Of a stretch of DNA of 64,000 nt, positions 36,605-46,664 are shown piece by piece (within the stretch, counting starts at the first letter, position 1; each line of letters opens with the position of its first letter). Origin of the DNA: Fidelibacterota bacterium (lineage in GTDB: Bacteria; Pseudomonadota; Alphaproteobacteria; Rhodospirillales; Rhodospirillaceae); the NCBI GenBank assembly GCA_947472795.1, contig CANJBL010000013.1:3553-67552 (forward strand), in the 5' to 3' direction. The notes beneath the pieces were generated by a model. That model made no database searches and had not been told where the DNA came from. It was given only the letters and a program-made list of their open reading frames with translations. The position numbers and the translations under genes are program-made.

Positions 36605-37030
36605 CTAGACGAGGAGGTCGGCGGCAGACCCTTTTGCCGTGCTGCCGGCTTGGGCCTTCATCTTTTCTTCCAGCTCATGCTGCATCTCGTCGATGAGCTT
36701 TTTCTGCTCAGCCGGGCTCATGGCGGCGAATTGCTCCGGCGAGACGCCGTGCTGCTTCAACCAAGATTCCTGATAGCGCTGCTCAGGCGTCTTTTTCATA
36801 TAGTCGGTGAACTGCTTCACCGGATCGTTGTCATCCACCGGCTGCGACGCGCTGGGCGTGATGGCAGCGGAGGAGCCCATGAGACCCAACACCGGATCGT
36901 TTGATGGATCAGAACTGCCCTGCACATTTTGCCGGGTCTTGTCCTTGTTATAGACGGCGGACGGCCAATTTGAGCCGCTAATGGAAGAAATGCTCACGTG
37001 AACGCTCCTTGTCGACAGGTTCCGCGACAA
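36605..37030 (-). CDS. hypothetical protein
   Basis: 141-aa ORF (start uncertain). C-terminal helical region DYMKKTPEQRYQESWLKQHGVSPEQFAAMSPAEQKKLIDEM. No family recognised. Confidence 0.5.
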   Translation of the reverse strand: MSRNLSTRSVHVSISSISGSNWPSAVYNKDKTRQNVQGSSDPSNDPVLGLMGSSAAITPSASQPVDDNDPVKQFTDYMKKTPEQRYQESWLKQHGVSPEQFAAMSPAEQKKLIDEMQHELEEKMKAQAGSTAKGSAADLLV

Positions 37031-37068
37031 TGCGATGCAAGATGAGTGCCACGAACGGGCGTGCGAAA

Positions 37069-37806
37069 TTACTTCGCGAGCCTCGCAAAAAATGCGAGCC
37101 GGCGAGGCAGCAGCTTGTGCCGGCCATAGGCTGGAGCCGTTCGGACCGTGAACCCGGCAGCCCTGAGCGCGGCCACGACGTCGGCCCGAGGGTAGATCCG
37201 CAGGCGATGAGTCTCAAAGCTTTCCCGCCAGCGATCTCCATCGACCTGACGCTGGGAGGCAATCTCACGGGTAAGGACTGCGTCCTCTTCCTGCACCTTT
37301 GTGGTCAGAGCCCAATCCTTTCCCTTGCGCTTGCGGCGATAGGACATGGGTTTGCCTTCGACAATCAGGTCGAAAATGAACAGCCCACCCGGCGCCAGCG
37401 CGCGGGCAATGCGTTTGAAGGTCGTCGCGAGCGCCGGTCCCTTCCCTTTGGGCGGAAGGTAGGCCAGCACCTCGCCCAAAGCCGTCACCGCATCGCAAGG
37501 CGGAAGTTTGAAGTCGGCAATGGACGCGCGCACGACCTTTGCCAGCGGCGCTGTACGACGCGCGATAGTCACTAAAGTTTTTGAGCTGTCGACACCTAAA
37601 GCGTCGTAACCAGCATCGGTGAGTGCTTTTAGCCAGCGGCCATCGCCGCAGCCGACATCAACGACCTTTGCGCGGTCTTTGTTGGTACGGGTGATGCCCG
37701 CTTCACGCAACATGATGCGCAAGACCGGGGCCACTTTCTCCGCAAAGCCGCCGTAGGCTTCGGTCTGGATGTAAGCAAGATCTTCGCCGTAAAACATGTG
37801 CCTCAC
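37069..37806 (-). CDS. class I SAM-dependent methyltransferase
   Basis: VVDVGCGDGRWLKALTDAGYDALGVD is motif I. It overlaps the upstream gene's stop by 4 nt. Confidence 0.8.
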   Translation of the reverse strand: MRHMFYGEDLAYIQTEAYGGFAEKVAPVLRIMLREAGITRTNKDRAKVVDVGCGDGRWLKALTDAGYDALGVDSSKTLVTIARRTAPLAKVVRASIADFKLPPCDAVTALGEVLAYLPPKGKGPALATTFKRIARALAPGGLFIFDLIVEGKPMSYRRKRKGKDWALTTKVQEEDAVLTREIASQRQVDGDRWRESFETHRLRIYPRADVVAALRAAGFTVRTAPAYGRHKLLPRRLAFFARLAK

Positions 37807-39179
37807 TCCGTCGCCGCTACAAAAGCAGCGATATGTTGGGGATTGACCGTGAATTCGAAAGCACGGCTTTCAATGTTCCCTTCTCGCGCTTTGGTGCGCT
37901 CGGGTGTCACGTAATAGCTGTCGGCGCGCACCCATTGCAGAAGCCGGTCGAACTCCGGTGTCTGTTTTGTGCGAATCATGCAGGCCTTTACGCCCGGTTT
38001 GCAGAAAACGGCATTGGCCCAAGCTGCGCCAAAAGGCGCCACGATCCGCCGCGCGGAGGCAAAGAGACGCGCCTGCTCCGCGAAACTCAGATGCTGGGGA
38101 TGAATGATCTCAAAACCCCGAGACTGAAGGATGGCTTCGATCTCCGTTTCATTCCGGATAAGTCGATCATGGTCAGGGCCCAAGGCCGACCTTGCAATGT
38201 AGAGGGATCGTCCCTCGCCTGGTTCTGCGTATTGCTCGGCGGTGTCGCGTAGAGGCTCCAGACACGCGAAAGCGATGTTTTGATTTAGGAACGTGGGTGT
38301 TGCGTAATACATCTCGCGCGCGCGCAGGCTTGACGACGGATCGATGCGGATAATCTGGTCTTCGCCAATGCCGAGGCTGGCCAAGGACTGCAGATGAAAT
38401 GGACGGGCATCTCCATGCAATGCAATTTTCAGGCGCGGCGACGCCATCTTATATAAATGAAGCCTGGGGATTTGGCCCAAAATCCACGACGAATAATTCG
38501 AGACGGCCGTGAGAACGCCAATTGGCTCGTCGATAGTCACGGCTTTCGTTTCCTGCACATCGAACTGCAACGCGCCGGCTGCGGCTGATGCCTTTACCGG
38601 AAAATTGCCATCAAGATGACCCGCCAGCTCGAGTGTCTTGTAGCCGCAGTTGATATCGATCAAGGCCCCGCCCGATAATAGAACGTCTGGCCACAGCGCC
38701 TCGCCGTCTACTTTTAAAAGGACCGCGCCTATACCGGAAAATTTCGCGGTCACGTGATGTTCGCCGCCAGGAAGGACAGTGAGCGTGGTCCCGCCTGGAA
38801 TGACAGTTGGCGCGCAGTCATGGACGCTCTTGCCAGCCTTGGTAAAGCTTTCGAGTGGCAGAACGTTCAAGGAATTTTCCGCGCGCATCACGCGCAGCGG
38901 CATGGCGTACATTTGACCCACGCGGCCCAGCAGCTTTACCACCTGCAGTAACCGCGCGCGTTCGATCTTGCAGGCCAGCAATCTCTGAAAGTAATCGCGC
39001 CCCTCGTCATAGCGCTGCAGGTCGAAGAGCGTGGTACCCAAATAGGTCAAAGCGACGACATCTGTTGGCGCGGTAGTCAGAAGCCGTTGATAAGCAACAA
39101 TGGCCTGCTCACGCTGACCAGCCTTGGCAAACACCCGCGCTTGTTCAGCTAAAACGGCGACGTCTGACGACGACATCAC
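37803..39179 (-). CDS. TPR-repeat protein with a C-terminal GT61/DUF563-like glycosyltransferase domain
   Basis: N-terminal TPR-like repeats (AYQRLLTTAPTDVVALTYLG). C-terminal ...RNETEIEAILQSRGFEIIHPQHLSFAEQARLFASARRIVAPFGAAWANAVF is DUF563-like. Confidence 0.6.
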   Translation of the reverse strand: MMSSSDVAVLAEQARVFAKAGQREQAIVAYQRLLTTAPTDVVALTYLGTTLFDLQRYDEGRDYFQRLLACKIERARLLQVVKLLGRVGQMYAMPLRVMRAENSLNVLPLESFTKAGKSVHDCAPTVIPGGTTLTVLPGGEHHVTAKFSGIGAVLLKVDGEALWPDVLLSGGALIDINCGYKTLELAGHLDGNFPVKASAAAGALQFDVQETKAVTIDEPIGVLTAVSNYSSWILGQIPRLHLYKMASPRLKIALHGDARPFHLQSLASLGIGEDQIIRIDPSSSLRAREMYYATPTFLNQNIAFACLEPLRDTAEQYAEPGEGRSLYIARSALGPDHDRLIRNETEIEAILQSRGFEIIHPQHLSFAEQARLFASARRIVAPFGAAWANAVFCKPGVKACMIRTKQTPEFDRLLQWVRADSYYVTPERTKAREGNIESRAFEFTVNPQHIAAFVAATE

Positions 39180-40546
39180 GCCTCCGGCGCTTCTTTCTCA
39201 GGGACTGGATCGCGCATGGTGACGAATTCTTCCGCGGCCGTGGGATGGATACCAACAGTGGCGTCGAATTGGGCCTTGGTGGCCCCACACTTCAAAGCGA
39301 CGGCAAGGCCCTGAATGATCTCGGGCGCATCGTCGCCGACCATGTGGCACCCCAGCACCTTGTCGGTGGCCCTATCGACAATGAGCTTCATCATGGTGCG
39401 CTCGTCGCGCCCCGAGAGCGTGTGCTTCATGGGTTTGAAGCGCGAAATGAAGAGCCGCACCTTGTGCTTGGCACGCGCTTCTTCCTCTGTGAAGCCCACA
39501 ACCCCCACAGGCGGCTGGCTGAACACCGCAGAGGCGACATTGGTGTAATCGAGCGTGAGCGGATTCTTGTTGAAGAAGGTCTCGGCAAAGACGCGACCTT
39601 CATTGATGGCGACGGGCGTGAGGTTGATTCGGTCGGTGACATCGCCGACGGCAAAGATGCTTTCCACCGACGAGCGGTTCCATTCATCGACTTTCACGGC
39701 TCCTTTGGTGTTGAGCGTGACGCCGGCTTCTTTGAGGCCGAGGGTGGCGGTATTGGGCGCACGGCCCGTCGCCACCATGACGCAATCGGCGATGATCTCA
39801 TCGCCCAGATCGAACATCACGGAATACCCGGCACCTGCTTTCTCCACCGAACGGATACGGCAATCGCGACGGATCTTGATGCCGTCTTTCTCGATTTCTT
39901 CGGCAAGCGTGGATCGTACGTCCTGGTCAAAGCCGCGCAGGATCTGACCAGAACGGATGATGAGAGTTACCACGGACCCCAGCGCGGCAAAGACGCCCGC
40001 GAACTCAACAGCGATATAGCCGCCGCCGATGATAACGATACGCTTGGGACGCGTGGGCAAATCCAGGGCTTCGTTCGACGAGATGACGTGTTCGTGCCCG
40101 GGAAATTCGGGGACCACCGGCCATCCGCCGACAGCGACCAGGATCTTCTCGGCGGTCATGCGCTGGCCGTTCACTTCAACCGTATGCGGATCGGCGATGA
40201 CGCCGCGGCCATCGATGAGCGATACGTTGGCATCGCGCAGCAGGCGTTTATAGATGCCCTCGAGCCTATCTAGTTCTTTGTTTTTCGCGGAGATCATGGC
40301 GCCCCAGTCGTGGGTGGCCCCTTGGATGGTCCAACCGAACCCGACGGCATCCTCAAAGTGCTGAGCGAAGTGGGACCCGATGACAAGGAGTTTCTTCGGC
40401 ACACAGCCGCGCATAACGCAGGTGCCGCCGTAGCGACTTTCCTCGATCACGGCGACCTTGGCCCCGTAACGGCCCGCGAGCCGTGAGGCCCGAACGCCGC
40501 CGGAACCCGCGCCAATGGTGATGAGGTCGTAGTCGAAACGCGCCAT
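39176..40546 (-). CDS. gor: glutathione-disulfide reductase
   Basis: YDLITIGAGSGGVRASR...GGTCVMRGCVPKK redox-active disulfide; 456 aa. Confidence 0.9.
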   Translation of the reverse strand: MARFDYDLITIGAGSGGVRASRLAGRYGAKVAVIEESRYGGTCVMRGCVPKKLLVIGSHFAQHFEDAVGFGWTIQGATHDWGAMISAKNKELDRLEGIYKRLLRDANVSLIDGRGVIADPHTVEVNGQRMTAEKILVAVGGWPVVPEFPGHEHVISSNEALDLPTRPKRIVIIGGGYIAVEFAGVFAALGSVVTLIIRSGQILRGFDQDVRSTLAEEIEKDGIKIRRDCRIRSVEKAGAGYSVMFDLGDEIIADCVMVATGRAPNTATLGLKEAGVTLNTKGAVKVDEWNRSSVESIFAVGDVTDRINLTPVAINEGRVFAETFFNKNPLTLDYTNVASAVFSQPPVGVVGFTEEEARAKHKVRLFISRFKPMKHTLSGRDERTMMKLIVDRATDKVLGCHMVGDDAPEIIQGLAVALKCGATKAQFDATVGIHPTAAEEFVTMRDPVPEKEAPEA

Positions 40547-40588
40547 GGTGCCACCCTCGTTCCACCCCAGCCGGGGCGTCGGGCTGGT

Positions 40589-42412
40589 TTACTCCACCGT
40601 GACGCTCTTGGCCAGATTGCGCGGCTGGTCCACGTCGGTGCCTTTCAAAACGGCAATATGATAGGCCAGAAGCTGCACGGGAATGGTCGCGATGATCGGC
40701 ATGACAAAGGGGTCGAGCCTGGGGATGCAGATGGAATGCTTGGCGTTCTTGCCCGCGCGGCGGATGCCCTCTTCGTCGCTGATGAGCACGACGCGCCCGC
40801 CGCGCGCCACAACCTGCTCGATATTGGACAACGACTTGTCGAACAGCGCGTCGCTGGGTGCGATGACCACAACGGGTGTGTGCTCGTCGATGAGGGCGAT
40901 GGGGCCGTGTTTCAGCTCGCCGGCCGCATAGCCCTCGGCATGAATGTAGGAGATTTCCTTGAGCTTTAAGGCCCCTTCCATGGCTATGGGAAAGAGCGGT
41001 CCGCGGCCCAGATAGAGCACGTCCCGGGCTTCAGCCAACTCTTCAGCGATCGCGCGGATAGACTCGTCCAGGTTCAGGACATCGGCGGCACGGCTGGGCA
41101 CTTCCACGAGCGCGGTCGAGAGTTTGGCTTCCGTGATGGAGTCGATAGCACCCTTGGCTTTGGCGAGCGCGATGGCAAAGGAGGCCAGCGCCATCAGCTG
41201 TGTTGTGAACGCTTTGGTGGAAGCCACCCCGATCTCGGGCCCGGCCAGGGTCGGCAACACGACGTGAGATTCGCGCGCGACGGAACTCTCCGGGACATTC
41301 ACGACGGACAGGATGTTTTGCCCGTGGGCTTTGCAGTAGCGCAACGGCGCAAGGGTATCCGCCGTCTCGCCCGATTGCGAAACGAAGATACCGAGACCAC
41401 CGGGCACCAAAGGCGGCGAGCGATAGCGGTATTCGGAGCCGATGTCCGCTTCTACAGGCACGCGCGCCCACATCTCGATCCAATACTTGGCGACAAGGCA
41501 GGCATAATAAGCCGTGCCACAGGCCACCGCCGTAATGCGCTCGACTTTCGCGAGATCAAAAGGCATGGCCGGCAGCGTGATGGAACGCGCCACCGGGTTG
41601 AACAGCACACGCAAAGTGTCGCCGAGCACCTGCGGCTGCTCATAAATCTCCTTCAGCATGTAGTGGCGATATTCGCCTTTGCCTATCAGCGCGCCAGACA
41701 GTGCCGTTTGCACAATGGCGCGGGCCACTTTGTTACCGTCGGCATCATAGACCGTGATGCCGTCTTTCGAGAGGACCGCCCAATCGTCATCCTCGAGATA
41801 GGTGATGCGCTGAGTCATGGGTGCCAGCGCCATGGCGTCGGAGCCCAGATACATCTCGCCATCGCCGTAACCCACAGCCAACGGGCTGCCTTTCCGGGCG
41901 CCGAAAAGAACATCGTCGCGGCCCGCTATGAGAATGGCGAGTGCGAAAGCACCTTGCAGGCGCTTCAGCGATGCGCGCACGGCGTCTTCAGCCTTTTGGC
42001 CCTGGTTCAAATACTCGGTGATGAGATGGACGACGACTTCCGTATCGGTGTCGCTGTCGAACGTGTGGCCCTTTTTCTCCAGTTCGCTGCGCAGCTCCTG
42101 GAAGTTCTCGATAATGCCATTGTGCACCACAGCGACCTTGCCGTTGGAATGCGGGTGCGCATTGGATTCATTGGGGATGCCGTGTGTGGCCCACCGTGTG
42201 TGACCGATACCGGTGGAGCCGCCGATAGGCTCGGCCTTCACACGCTCAGCGAGGTTAGCGATTTTCCCAGGCGCGCGGCGCCGCGCGATGGTGCCATTCA
42301 TCAGCGTAGCAATGCCCGCGGAATCATAGCCGCGGTACTCCAAACGCTTTAAGCCTTCCAGCAGACATGCCGCCGCTTCGGCCCGCCCGATCACACCAAT
42401 GATGCCGCACAT
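40589..42412 (-). CDS. glmS: glutamine--fructose-6-phosphate aminotransferase
   Basis: MCGIIGVIG... Ntn Cys plus SIS domains, with the C-terminal ...KSVTVE. Confidence 0.97.
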   Translation of the reverse strand: MCGIIGVIGRAEAAACLLEGLKRLEYRGYDSAGIATLMNGTIARRRAPGKIANLAERVKAEPIGGSTGIGHTRWATHGIPNESNAHPHSNGKVAVVHNGIIENFQELRSELEKKGHTFDSDTDTEVVVHLITEYLNQGQKAEDAVRASLKRLQGAFALAILIAGRDDVLFGARKGSPLAVGYGDGEMYLGSDAMALAPMTQRITYLEDDDWAVLSKDGITVYDADGNKVARAIVQTALSGALIGKGEYRHYMLKEIYEQPQVLGDTLRVLFNPVARSITLPAMPFDLAKVERITAVACGTAYYACLVAKYWIEMWARVPVEADIGSEYRYRSPPLVPGGLGIFVSQSGETADTLAPLRYCKAHGQNILSVVNVPESSVARESHVVLPTLAGPEIGVASTKAFTTQLMALASFAIALAKAKGAIDSITEAKLSTALVEVPSRAADVLNLDESIRAIAEELAEARDVLYLGRGPLFPIAMEGALKLKEISYIHAEGYAAGELKHGPIALIDEHTPVVVIAPSDALFDKSLSNIEQVVARGGRVVLISDEEGIRRAGKNAKHSICIPRLDPFVMPIIATIPVQLLAYHIAVLKGTDVDQPRNLAKSVTVE

Positions 42413-42429
42413 GCCGTTTGTCTACCTGT

Positions 42430-43818
42430 TCACGACTCTGATTTCTTATTGATGCTTTGGGATTTCGCCGCTTTCTTCATCTCGCGGTATTTGGCGGCAA
42501 AGCCTTCGCGGGTTTCCTGCCGCGAGGAATTCAGCGCGAGGCCATCCTTGGGCACATCTTTCCTCACGACGGCACCGGCCCCGGTCATGCCGCCCTCGCC
42601 CACTTTCACGGGCGCGACAAGCACCGTGTTGGAGCCGATAGAGGCGCCAGCGCCGATCTGGGTGCGCGACTTGTTGAAGCCGTCATAGTTGGCGGTAATG
42701 GTGCCTGCGCCGACGTTGGCTTTGGCGCCGACATCGGCATCGCCCACGTAGGAGAGATGGTTCACCTTCGCGCCCTCGTCCAGGTGTGCGTTCTTAATCT
42801 CGACGAAATTGCCGACGTGCGCATCCTTGCCGATGGAGGCGCCAGGGCGCAGCCGCGAATAAGGACCGACGATGGCACCTGTCGAGAGATGGGCCCCTTC
42901 AAAGTGACAGAAGCCCTTAATGACGACGCCGTCCTCGACAGTTACACCTGGACCGAAGTGCACGAAGGGGCCGATCTCCACATCCTTGCCGATCTTGGTG
43001 TCGGCAGAGAAATAGACCGTGTCAGGCGCCGTTAGCGTAGCGCCGTTCTCCATGGCGCGCAGGCGCCGCGCGCGTTGGAAGATGGCTTCAGCTTCCGCCA
43101 GTTCGACGCGGCTGTTGATGCCGAGCATCTCGTCCTCGGGGCCTTCGACCACGGCACACGCCAAGCTCTTGGAACGCGCGAGGCCGACGACGTCCGTGAG
43201 ATAGTACTCGCCCTTGGCATTGTTGGGTTTCACACCAGCCAGCAGATCCCACAACACGTTGGCATCAGCGAGCATGATGCCCGAGTTGCAGAGCCCAACC
43301 TTCAATTCTTCCGGCTTTGCGTCTTTGGCTTCGACGATGCGCTCAAGACCGCTATCGCTGGTGATGAGGCGGCCATAGGCGCCAGGATCCTTCGGCCGGA
43401 AGCCGAGCACGACGATGGAAGGCTTCTGTTCTGCAGTGCGCGCCGCGCGCATGTGTTGAATGGTCTCGGCAGCGACGAAAGGCGTGTCGCCGTAGACGAT
43501 GAGCACGTCGCCCTTGAAGCCGGCCAGCGCGTCTTTGGCTTGCAGCACGGCGTGACCGGTGCCGAGCCTGTCCTTCTGCCGCACGGTCTGGTGCGGCGAC
43601 ACAGCTTTGGCGACGCCGTCCATATCGGGCCCGATGACCGCAACCACGGGAGAAATCTTCTCCTCCATGAGCGTCGCGAGCACATGCTGGACCATGGGCC
43701 GCCCGCCAATGGCGTGCATGACTTTGGGCAGGATGGAGCGCATGCGGGTGCCCATGCCGGCGGCCAGAATAACGGCAGCCGTGGCGATTGCGGGAGACGG
43801 GGAGCCGGGGGGCGTCAT
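42430..43818 (-). CDS. glmU: bifunctional UDP-N-acetylglucosamine pyrophosphorylase / glucosamine-1-phosphate N-acetyltransferase
   Basis: AVILAAGMGTRM... plus C-terminal left-handed beta-helix hexapeptide repeats. The ATG at 43818 is chosen; the track ORF (to 44001) is an upstream extension. Confidence 0.93.
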   Translation of the reverse strand: MTPPGSPSPAIATAAVILAAGMGTRMRSILPKVMHAIGGRPMVQHVLATLMEEKISPVVAVIGPDMDGVAKAVSPHQTVRQKDRLGTGHAVLQAKDALAGFKGDVLIVYGDTPFVAAETIQHMRAARTAEQKPSIVVLGFRPKDPGAYGRLITSDSGLERIVEAKDAKPEELKVGLCNSGIMLADANVLWDLLAGVKPNNAKGEYYLTDVVGLARSKSLACAVVEGPEDEMLGINSRVELAEAEAIFQRARRLRAMENGATLTAPDTVYFSADTKIGKDVEIGPFVHFGPGVTVEDGVVIKGFCHFEGAHLSTGAIVGPYSRLRPGASIGKDAHVGNFVEIKNAHLDEGAKVNHLSYVGDADVGAKANVGAGTITANYDGFNKSRTQIGAGASIGSNTVLVAPVKVGEGGMTGAGAVVRKDVPKDGLALNSSRQETREGFAAKYREMKKAAKSQSINKKSES

Positions 43819-44185
43819 GGGCTGCGGAATTTCGGGTTTGGGCTGGGGGCAGAGTGGATGGGTGGAAGGTCGGCTTTGATTATTATAGCTTTTTTCACGG
43901 TAGCACGAAGATGGCATGCCCCTATGGCGGGAGTAAGGCCGGTGCCACAGCCACGGTGTGAGAAAAGCGTACCGAAACGTGTGAAGCCTGCATCGCAGCA
44001 AAACGCCGGGAGCGGGAAAAGTTCCCCAAAAACCAGCAAAATGCGGGGGATAAGCCGGAGGATATCGTGGAAAAACCGCCCCGGCGGGGCATGCATAAAA
44101 AAATCCCCCGAAAACCCCGCCAAAACGCTCCTTGGACCGTTAACAACGGGAATCGGGTGCGATAGGTGCCGGCCTCTGCCTATGG

Positions 44186-44214
44186 TTGACAGGCCAAGGG
44201 TCGGACTTTAAGAA
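44186..44214 (+). promoter_or_regulatory. candidate sigma-70 promoter for tRNA-Val
   Basis: TTGACA-17 nt-TAAGAA, about 47 nt upstream of the tRNA 5' end. Pattern only. Confidence 0.35.
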
Positions 44215-44261
44215 CCGGGCTCTCTTTTTGGGACCTTCAAAGCCTTTTGGCCGGACCCGAA

Positions 44262-44336
44262 CGGGCGGTTAGCTCAGCGGTAGAGCACACGCTTCACACG
44301 CGTGGGGTCGCAGGTTCAATCCCTGCACCGCCCACC
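44262..44336 (+). tRNA. tRNA-Val (anticodon CAC)
   Basis: Manual cloverleaf. Acceptor GGGCGGT/ACCGCCC; D arm GCTC-AGCGGTA-GAGC; anticodon arm CACGC-TTCACAC-GCGTG; T arm GCAGG-TTCAATC-CCTGC. CCA is encoded. Confidence 0.9.
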
Positions 44337-44543
44337 ATTTCCGTCACAGTCTCAAGAGTCGCGAAATCCGCGGCCCTTAGCGTTTTGAGCCGTGAACCGG
44401 GGGACCGCTTCGGAGCGCCGAAACCAGTTCAAGAGGGTGCGGGTTACTTGCGGGTTACGGAGCCCTTCGAATTCGATAGCACTTGAAGTGCAAAACGTAG
44501 CGCAAAGGCTACGCTAGCGCCGCATCCATCATGGTCGTGGCGC

Positions 44544-44828
44544 TCATAGCGGCGCTCCACGGCGAGTGCGCTCGATAATTTCTTGTATTTCGCTTAGCTT
44601 CACCAAACGGCGAGAGTTGAAGAACGTGTAACTTGGCACCGAGCCATTTCGCACCGCTCGAGCAAGTTTCCATGTTTTGATATTGAGAATGCGCGCCGCT
44701 TCTTTGACGACAAACAATTGCTCAGCCAGCTGCGACCGATTCGTCGCGACACCTTCACGGGGCTCTATTCGATCACTGTTCATATGCACCTCCTGCAATT
44801 CAGGAGGCGTACACTCACCGTGTTGCAC
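44544..44828 (-). CDS. excisionase/AlpA-type helix-turn-helix DNA-binding protein
   Basis: LFVVKEAARILNIKTWKLARAVRNGSVPSYTFFNSRRLVKLSEIQEII is typical of HTH_17/Xis-family proteins. It is AT-richer than the flanks and lies next to a tRNA gene. The start may be an internal ATG (44783). Confidence 0.65.
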   Translation of the reverse strand: MQHGECTPPELQEVHMNSDRIEPREGVATNRSQLAEQLFVVKEAARILNIKTWKLARAVRNGSVPSYTFFNSRRLVKLSEIQEIIERTRRGAPL

Positions 44829-44862
44829 TTTGTAGGAACATATTTGCCAGAATTTTGTCCGA

Positions 44863-45516
44863 CTATCGGGCTAGATTCTTTTTCACAATACCGAGCGCTG
44901 CCATGCTACGCAGAGTTTGCGTCATATTCTTCCTAAAAGCGCGCCCCTCGGGCAATTCATTCTCATAAGAGCGAGCCACCAAAATCTGATCTTTCGAGTA
45001 GTTAAATTTTCGGCGCAGTCGGCGAACTTTATGATCTTGCTCGCTCGAATTTAGATTTTGGTAGTCAGGCAATTTCTTTTGCAGAATTGCTCGACATATT
45101 TCGCTTAACGAACGCTTCTTTCGGCCGGCGGTAAAAAAGTCCAGGTAATATTCGTCACCGATTAAGCTAAGAATTTCTTCGTCGCCATCGAGCAATTTTG
45201 GTCCACGGCGCGCAGAAAGCCCCAAGAGAGCTCGCATCGCACTGTCGATACGTTCGTCTTTTGTTGTGCTGCCATTTTTGACGGGATGCCTATTGATGAC
45301 TGCGCGGACTATAAACCGCAACGCCGCCTTTTGGCCAAAGACGGACTTGATGATCATTTGAACTTTCTTTTCGGCAAGTGTTCCATCCTCACCGACCCAC
45401 ACAACATCATCTGGCCCTATTCCTTCCAATCCATGGCCGGCTTGCTGCTTCATAAATTCTGGCGGCTCGGTCAATTTCGACCTCTTTTGGTAGCGACGAA
45501 TTTTCTTCACCTCCAA
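44863..45516 (-). CDS. hypothetical protein (islet gene)
   Basis: 217-aa ORF, low GC, Lys/Arg-rich. No family recognised. Confidence 0.6.
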   Translation of the reverse strand: MEVKKIRRYQKRSKLTEPPEFMKQQAGHGLEGIGPDDVVWVGEDGTLAEKKVQMIIKSVFGQKAALRFIVRAVINRHPVKNGSTTKDERIDSAMRALLGLSARRGPKLLDGDEEILSLIGDEYYLDFFTAGRKKRSLSEICRAILQKKLPDYQNLNSSEQDHKVRRLRRKFNYSKDQILVARSYENELPEGRAFRKNMTQTLRSMAALGIVKKNLAR

Positions 45517-45635
45517 CCTCCCTACTTCTTGTTGACCAAGCGCCGATTCCTGCGTCGCCCCTTAGCCTCTTACGACCCCGACGACCGTAATAGAGCTCAA
45601 TAGACCTCAACGGGTTTCGATTTTTTCTTTATCCT

Positions 45636-46625
45636 TTGTCTATCCGACCGCAGAAGAAAAGCCGCCTGAAGCGCGAGGATCGCTTCTGCAACGTATGCTC
45701 AACGCCGCCATTGGCCCGGCCTGAGCTTTTAGGTGTCACGGTGCTTTTTTCGTCAAAACTTAAACGTGCCGTTGCTTCGCTCCGCATTAACGTCGCTGCA
45801 CGCGTGGAAGGCATTCAGGCAGGCGTTCCAACATTTTTCGACAATTTTATTCTGAAACTCACTGCCAATCTACTCGCCCGTGAAGAGATTCATGATTGGA
45901 ACCTCGCTCACAAGACACAGCCGGGCAGCGAACGCCACGCACTACAAATGGATCTGCAATTCGTCGACATTTACCTGAAAAGCCACGATGAGGGACGGTT
46001 TGTAAAATACGCTGCACGCCGCGCTCTGGACCGAGCGCGCAATGGCATTGTCAGCGACATTGCTGAACTTGATCTCGTGATGAGCCAGGGTACGGACACA
46101 TGTTTGAATTGGAAGAGTGATCCACTCTTCAAGACCGTTTACGATTTCACCCTCTATCCAATGATGCTGTGGGAAATCAGGCCCGCAGCAATCATTGAAA
46201 TAGGCTCGGGTCTTGGCACGAGTGCGATTTGGCTGGCCGATATGCTCGGCGTCCTGAAGATCGAGGCGACGATCTATTCCGTGGACATCACCCCTTTGCA
46301 GAAAACCTATCCTGGCGTTCGCTTTAGCGCCGGCGATTGCCGCCATCCGGAAACGCTGATCGGCGTCGAGGCGTTGAAGGCCATGCCCCATCCACTTCTT
46401 GTCATCGAAGACGCGCACGTCAACGTGCTGGGTGTGCTTACGTATCTACATCCACACATGCGCTCCGGCGACTACCTCATTGTCGAGGATAGTCAACCCA
46501 AGCAAGAAACGCTCGACGGCTTTATGAGCAAATATGGGGCATCTTATCGCGTCGATGCACGTTATACGGACTTCTTCGGCCGCAACGCCACCTGCGCCGC
46601 GAATTCTATTTTCAAACGGGTTTAA
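45636..46625 (+). CDS. CmcI-family (cephalosporin hydroxylase-like) methyltransferase
   Basis: ...YPMMLWEIRPAAIIEIGSGLGTSAIWLA...LLVIEDAHVN...GDYLIVEDS matches the CmcI (PF04989) pattern. The true start may be downstream, for example ATG 45948. Confidence 0.6.
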   Translation: MSIRPQKKSRLKREDRFCNVCSTPPLARPELLGVTVLFSSKLKRAVASLRINVAARVEGIQAGVPTFFDNFILKLTANLLAREEIHDWNLAHKTQPGSERHALQMDLQFVDIYLKSHDEGRFVKYAARRALDRARNGIVSDIAELDLVMSQGTDTCLNWKSDPLFKTVYDFTLYPMMLWEIRPAAIIEIGSGLGTSAIWLADMLGVLKIEATIYSVDITPLQKTYPGVRFSAGDCRHPETLIGVEALKAMPHPLLVIEDAHVNVLGVLTYLHPHMRSGDYLIVEDSQPKQETLDGFMSKYGASYRVDARYTDFFGRNATCAANSIFKRV

Positions 46626-46664
46626 CAAGCGCGGCGAAAAGCGCTGGCATTCTCGGGAGAAGGT

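Noticed and set aside
44337-44543. Searched by eye for an attachment-site repeat of the tRNA-Val 3' end, and for an integrase, to call an intact integrative element.
   Set aside because: Neither was found, so the region is reported only as a possible degraded islet.
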